From contig OY762069.1 of assembly GCA_963665095.1 (NCBI GenBank), forward strand, positions 3,232,001-3,296,000: a stretch of 64,000 nt of DNA. Reading direction: 5' to 3'. This document shows positions 59,563 to 64,000 of the stretch, piece by piece. The position numbers and the translations under genes were made by a program. The notes beneath the pieces are model-generated. The model had not been told where the DNA came from. It saw only the letters and a program-made list of their open reading frames with translations, and did no database searches. The DNA comes from an uncultured Desulfobacter sp. (GTDB lineage Bacteria; Desulfobacterota; Desulfobacteria; Desulfobacterales; Desulfobacteraceae). Within the stretch, counting starts at the first letter, position 1. Each line of letters begins with the position of its first letter.

Positions 59563-61303
59563 CTTTTTCAAACGCAAAAAAAAGGAAGTGGACCCGTTCC
59601 AGCTGGAGCTGGAGGATGACGGCAAGCTTTATTATGAAACCATTGCCGGCCGCACGCCCCGGGATGTTAACAACCGGGAGGAGTATATCCTGTTTGTGGA
59701 TTTCGGGTCCTACCGGACAAGTGTTCTTTGCTGGCCCTGCAGTTTCGGCAGGGACAAGATCACCGACTCCTGGCAGTATGTGGTCCACGGGGATGCCGAT
59801 GCCCAGGGGGGTTTTCCTTCGGCCTTTATCAACCCGCCCTCAGGGGATGAACGCGACTTTGCCTTTGTCACCCATACCGGCGGGGAGAATGTCAGTGCAA
59901 GCCAGATCGTCAAGAGCGCCAAGTATGTGTTTGCCAGCAAGTTTGCCGCATACAAGGGAGATGTGCCCCAGTTCAAGCTTTACATCAAAAAGATCCTGGA
60001 GCACAGCTTCAAATATATTACGGAACCCAACAAGGAGAGGCCCTGGAACGGCCCGGCCATCCCGGTGATCACCGAGATCCGGGTGACGGTACCGGACCTG
60101 TTCATTGAAAATTTAAGAACCGGGTACAAGGAAAATATCTATTCGGTGTGCATGAACCTGGCCTCGGACCGGAAATGGAAGTGGCTCTTCCCCGAAGATC
60201 TGCGGCACTTGCGCAAAACCTTTGTCAATATTTCAGCCGATGAGTCAGGCGCCTGTGAACTCTATTTCCTCAACCTGCTCAAACAGGTGCCCTTCTGGGA
60301 TTTAGGCGGCCAGAAGGACCGGCTGCCCGATCTCAAAGAGGTGGACTTTATTTTTTCCCAGGCGGCCCAGCGCGACCCCAATGCTGAAAACCTGAACTAT
60401 GTGGTGTGCCATATTGATATCGGCGGCCTGACCACCGATGTCAGTGTGCTTCTGGCCAACACCTACCAGGACCCGGCCCTGGGCATCACCACGGCGCTCA
60501 AACGAAAAGAGTCCTTTTCCGAACGAAAAGCCGGTGAATATTTTGCCGAAACATTCAACCAGACGCGCCTGCCGGATGAAGGCGGCCCCTGGTGGGATTG
60601 TGACAGGTTCATCGACAGTGATTTTTCCAGGTTCCTGGAGCTTTTGTGCGGTAAGCAGGCCGCCCTTCTTGACAAATGGCGGCATGAAAAACAGCTCTCG
60701 GGCATCTATTTTCTGGTCTCAGGCAGACCCACCAAATCGGAAAAAGTCAGAAACGCCATCCGCAGGCATATCTTAAAAGAGTTCAACAAAGATGAACTGC
60801 TGCTGTTGCCCGAACACTGCCTGTTCATGGCCGAGTACCGCCATGTGGGCAAAAACCAGGAAGGGGAGCGCTATGCCAGAAAAATCGAGCATTTTGAAAA
60901 GCTCATCACCCTGCTGGGCAATGTCTACACCCTGTATGACGGGTATGAAATCTGCTTTGAGGACCACAAGTACTACATCTCCCTGGATACCGACACCCGG
61001 ACCACTACCCAGATGGAGGTGGTCCCGGGGCGCCTCTATAATATGGAAGAATTTGAAAACTACAAAAAATCAGCCATTCACAACAACGTCAATCACCTGG
61101 CGTTTACCCGGTTTCCTGCAGGAGAAAACGCCACACGCTTCTTAACCGTAAAAACCATTGCCCGGCAGACCGCCTACCCCATTATCCGGGTGGCCCAGAG
61201 TAATGACGGCCAGGCATGGATCATGCCGTCTTTAGTCATCACCAACCTGGAGCAGCATGACCAGGCCTTTGATCTGTCCTGGGGGGCGCTGATGATGGAA
61301 TAG
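59552..61303 (+). CDS. Hsp70/actin-fold ATPase, distantly SrfB-like
   Basis: FVDFGSYRTSV, VTVPD, ADESGAC, HIDIGGLTTDVSV, AGE, LVSGRPTK. Start overlaps the upstream stop, AGGAGG RBS. Confidence 0.75.
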   Translation: MRFNFFKRKKKEVDPFQLELEDDGKLYYETIAGRTPRDVNNREEYILFVDFGSYRTSVLCWPCSFGRDKITDSWQYVVHGDADAQGGFPSAFINPPSGDERDFAFVTHTGGENVSASQIVKSAKYVFASKFAAYKGDVPQFKLYIKKILEHSFKYITEPNKERPWNGPAIPVITEIRVTVPDLFIENLRTGYKENIYSVCMNLASDRKWKWLFPEDLRHLRKTFVNISADESGACELYFLNLLKQVPFWDLGGQKDRLPDLKEVDFIFSQAAQRDPNAENLNYVVCHIDIGGLTTDVSVLLANTYQDPALGITTALKRKESFSERKAGEYFAETFNQTRLPDEGGPWWDCDRFIDSDFSRFLELLCGKQAALLDKWRHEKQLSGIYFLVSGRPTKSEKVRNAIRRHILKEFNKDELLLLPEHCLFMAEYRHVGKNQEGERYARKIEHFEKLITLLGNVYTLYDGYEICFEDHKYYISLDTDTRTTTQMEVVPGRLYNMEEFENYKKSAIHNNVNHLAFTRFPAGENATRFLTVKTIARQTAYPIIRVAQSNDGQAWIMPSLVITNLEQHDQAFDLSWGALMME

Positions 61304-61352
61304 CAGTACCGGGATTGCTTCTATAAACAAGCCATATCTTGAGGAGGACACA

Positions 61353-61835
61353 ATGGAATTACTCACCGTAACCATCGAAAACCCAGGCGAATACAACTTT
61401 ATCCTGGGCCATTCCCATTTCATCAAAACCCTGGAGGATGTACACGAAGCCGTTGTCAACACCGTGCCCAACGCAAAATTCGGTGTATCCTTCAGCGAGG
61501 CGTCCATCGAACGTCTGGTCCGGTATTCCGGCACAGATGAAGAGATGGTGGAACTTGCCAAAAAAAATGTCTATGCCCTGGCCGCCGGCCACACCTTTAT
61601 GGTGTTCATGAGAGACATGTTCCCCATCAACATCTTAAATACCATCCAGGCCGTGCCCGAGGTGGCCAGGATTCACTGCGCCACAGCAAACCCGACCCAG
61701 GTGATCCTGGCCGAGACGGACCAGGGACGCGCCATCCTGGGTGTGGTGGATGGTTTCTCCCCTGTAGGCATTGAAACCGATGAGAATATCAAAAGACGTA
61801 AAGAATTTCTGAGAATGATCGGGTACAAACAGTAA
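61353..61835 (+). CDS. Adenosine-specific kinase family protein (DUF355)
   Basis: NFILGHSHFIKTLED, FGVSFSEAS, AAGHTF, FPINILN, CATANP, LGVVDG. Confidence 0.9.
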   Translation: MELLTVTIENPGEYNFILGHSHFIKTLEDVHEAVVNTVPNAKFGVSFSEASIERLVRYSGTDEEMVELAKKNVYALAAGHTFMVFMRDMFPINILNTIQAVPEVARIHCATANPTQVILAETDQGRAILGVVDGFSPVGIETDENIKRRKEFLRMIGYKQ

Positions 61836-61971
61836 ATACAAAACCCGGAACATTTATAAAAGCACGTAACTTTTTGCATTTATTATCTTCTATGAAACCC
61901 TTGACCATGGTTTCCAGAATCAATGGGTCCCCAAAAGGGTCATGCTCAACACCCACCGGGTCATTTACATG

Positions 61972-62007
61972 AATCCCGGCAGCAGGATATACCCTGTTGC
62001 CGGGATT
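61972..62007. terminator. Hairpin between convergent genes
   Basis: aatcccggcagcagg-N6-cctgttgccgggatt. Confidence 0.65.
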
Positions 62008-62084
62008 TGACTTTTAACACATCTGGGCTTTATGCATGATGCCGTCTTGTGGCTGATGCCGGATGACACCCGGCATGGCGGCTT

Positions 62085-62315
62085 TTATGAGACATCCGGA
62101 CTGAAGTCTATCTGGCACTGGTCATTGAGCCGGGCGCGAATCAGAACAATGGCCACCGCAACCACGGGCAGGGCCAACACCAGTCCCACCACGGGGAGAA
62201 TGGTAAGCCCCAAAACAACCAGTCCAAGGGCAAATACGCCAAACACGGCGCTTAAAATATATTTTGAAAAATTTTCTGACCTGCAGTCTGTAGTTTTTTC
62301 GTTTGTATTTTTCAT
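62085..62315 (-). CDS. Small membrane protein (2 TM)
   Basis: AAGGAGG RBS, hydrophobic hairpin. Confidence 0.7.
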   Translation of the reverse strand: MKNTNEKTTDCRSENFSKYILSAVFGVFALGLVVLGLTILPVVGLVLALPVVAVAIVLIRARLNDQCQIDFSPDVS

Positions 62316-62346
62316 AGCCGCCTCCTTTTTATCTTTAAATTTAATC

Positions 62347-62368
62347 AATTAGTTAAAACTAACTAATT
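62347..62368. promoter_or_regulatory. Palindrome upstream of the small membrane protein gene
   Basis: AATTAGTT-N6-AACTAATT. Confidence 0.4.
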
Positions 62369-62430
62369 CACTAAACAAAGATAATACACGATAAAAAATG
62401 TGCAAGCCTTTTAAAAAAAATCAGCAATGC

Positions 62431-63426
62431 TTACAGCGCCATCGGTGGTATGGCTGTTGGCGGCTGCATCCCCCTGGAACTGGGAACACGGGGCGTCTTT
62501 TTCGTCTCAATGGAGAGCCAGCTTAACAAAGATCCGCAAATCAGAAAGCCGCATCCCATCCACAGGGTGGAGGTCGGAGGAACAGCCAGATAGACGCAGG
62601 AGACCAGGGTGGAAAAAAGCGGGGTCAGGTAGGAACCGGCTGCCACAAGAATAGTATTGCCACGCCTCATGGCATTGTCCCAAAGACTGTAGGCAAAAAA
62701 TGTGATACCGCCCAGAATTAACACCTCCATAATAACGTGGGGATTCCATACCCGGGGTTCATTCTTGAAAAAACTGATCCCGAACATTACAAGGGCAGTG
62801 GCGGCCAGGAAGAAGGGTACTGCACCCCCGGCCGCTTTACCGTCACCCACCCATCTGCGGGTCAGCGTGGAATAAAGCGCCCAGGCAATGGCAGCAGCGA
62901 ATGCCAGAACATAAGCGATTGGATTGGCCGCCAGGTCTCTGATGATTGCCTGCCAGGTGTGGTCCGCCCCGCCAGCCAGCACAAAAAACACCCCGAACAA
63001 AGCCAGAGCAGTGCCTGGCAGCAGCAGCCATCTTGCCCTTGTTCCAAGGATGGGCACGGAGAGCAGCAGTGTCAGTGCAGGCCAAAGATAGTTGATCAAT
63101 CCGACTTCCACCACCTGGCTGCGGGTCTTGGCCATGCCAATGGCCAGGAACAGGCACAGCATATACCCCACAAAAAGTGCCCCGCACCCCAGAAGGTACC
63201 GGGGCGGCAGTCCGGCAAGCTTTTTGCGTTCCCGGGATGACCGAAATACGCCGATCAAACCTAAAACAGCACTTATGGAATAAACAAAACCGGCACCTGT
63301 CACCGGACCAATCTGTTCTGAAATACTGCGGGTAAAAGCGATACTGGTACTCCACAGAAGAATGGCTGCAAACCCGCCTGCCGTTCCCATGTAAACGCCT
63401 CTGCTGGAACTGACGCCGTCAGTCAT
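62431..63426 (-). CDS. yddG: EamA/DMT transporter, aromatic amino acid exporter YddG-like
   Basis: AILLWST, EVGLINYLWPALT, AYSLWDNAMRRGN, SYLTPLFS, about 10 TM segments. Confidence 0.85.
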   Translation of the reverse strand: MTDGVSSSRGVYMGTAGGFAAILLWSTSIAFTRSISEQIGPVTGAGFVYSISAVLGLIGVFRSSRERKKLAGLPPRYLLGCGALFVGYMLCLFLAIGMAKTRSQVVEVGLINYLWPALTLLLSVPILGTRARWLLLPGTALALFGVFFVLAGGADHTWQAIIRDLAANPIAYVLAFAAAIAWALYSTLTRRWVGDGKAAGGAVPFFLAATALVMFGISFFKNEPRVWNPHVIMEVLILGGITFFAYSLWDNAMRRGNTILVAAGSYLTPLFSTLVSCVYLAVPPTSTLWMGCGFLICGSLLSWLSIETKKTPRVPSSRGMQPPTAIPPMAL

Positions 63427-64000
63427 TTGTTCTTACTCCTTTGACTTATTTTTACACGACATGAAATTGGGCGTTGGACGGTTAAGTTGGAGGGTCTAAA
63501 GATTCAAAGAAGGTTCAAATCCTGCGGCTTTTATCCTGTTTCCTTTTTACTGCGTGTGGCAAAATATGCTTTCTTTAAACATATCATCCGGCAAAAAAGC
63601 CCCTTTAAAATTCAAAGTGCATAAAAAATCAAAACACATCTGACCAGATCTGATCTGATGCGGTCTGGTCTGGCCTTTAAATCAGGCCTGCCATGCCGGA
63701 TAAGCCAGGTAATCTACGCCGAGTTCAGTTCAATGTCAATCCATGGAAACAGAAAAATACACCGCTGATAAAAATGTAGAGAAATATAGGCCCGGGATAC
63801 GGAGGCAGACCTTGCTGATCACCTTTTATCTTGAAACTGTATTGGCACACCCCATACAGCTGGCCCCCGTATCCCTGGACCGGTTTAAGTCTCTCCGGAC
63901 GGAGGCATCGGAGAAACTCAACCGTTAAAATGTATTAAGTGAAAGGGGCGGCCGAAAAAAGAAGACAGTCCCCTTTTAATTTTTATCTGTCCATAAACAA

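Noticed and set aside
63461..63535. GGTTCAAATCC T-loop-like sequence suggesting a tRNA
   Set aside because: The T stem is only 3 bp and no acceptor stem, anticodon arm or CCA end could be built.
63743..63928. 61-aa ORF at the window end
   Set aside because: No RBS or motif support.

Overview
A 64 kb chromosomal window from what looks like an anaerobic Desulfobacterales-type bacterium (inferred from gene content). No rRNA, tRNA or CRISPR array was seen. Left to right: (1) a FecR-TPR-beta-barrel receptor (5' end outside the window) with a CHASE2 adenylate cyclase, selO, an orphan 688-aa protein and a frameshifted MshEN-FapA gene; (2) an uptake island with three PchR-like AraC regulators, an FptX/RhtX-like MFS transporter, two TonB-dependent receptors and several methyltransferases; (3) a diguanylate cyclase, a phosphotransferase, a large CoA-activase ATPase, a beta-helix protein, an amine oxidase and decayed Mo/W genes; (4) a sigma-54-controlled glutarate utilisation cluster whose decarboxylase genes gcdA/gcdB have collapsed; (5) an uncharacterised three-gene operon at 56145-61303 encoding a membrane-anchored protein, a dynamin-like P-loop protein with deviant G-motifs and an Hsp70/actin-fold ATPase, distantly SrfABC-like. 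That operon is the best candidate for a new system. Two further patterns were read directly from the DNA: a tandem operator repeated 21 bp apart in front of four transcription units, and several genes shortened by internal deletions that appear to join at microhomologies. All family assignments come from motif recognition and recall, not from database searches.
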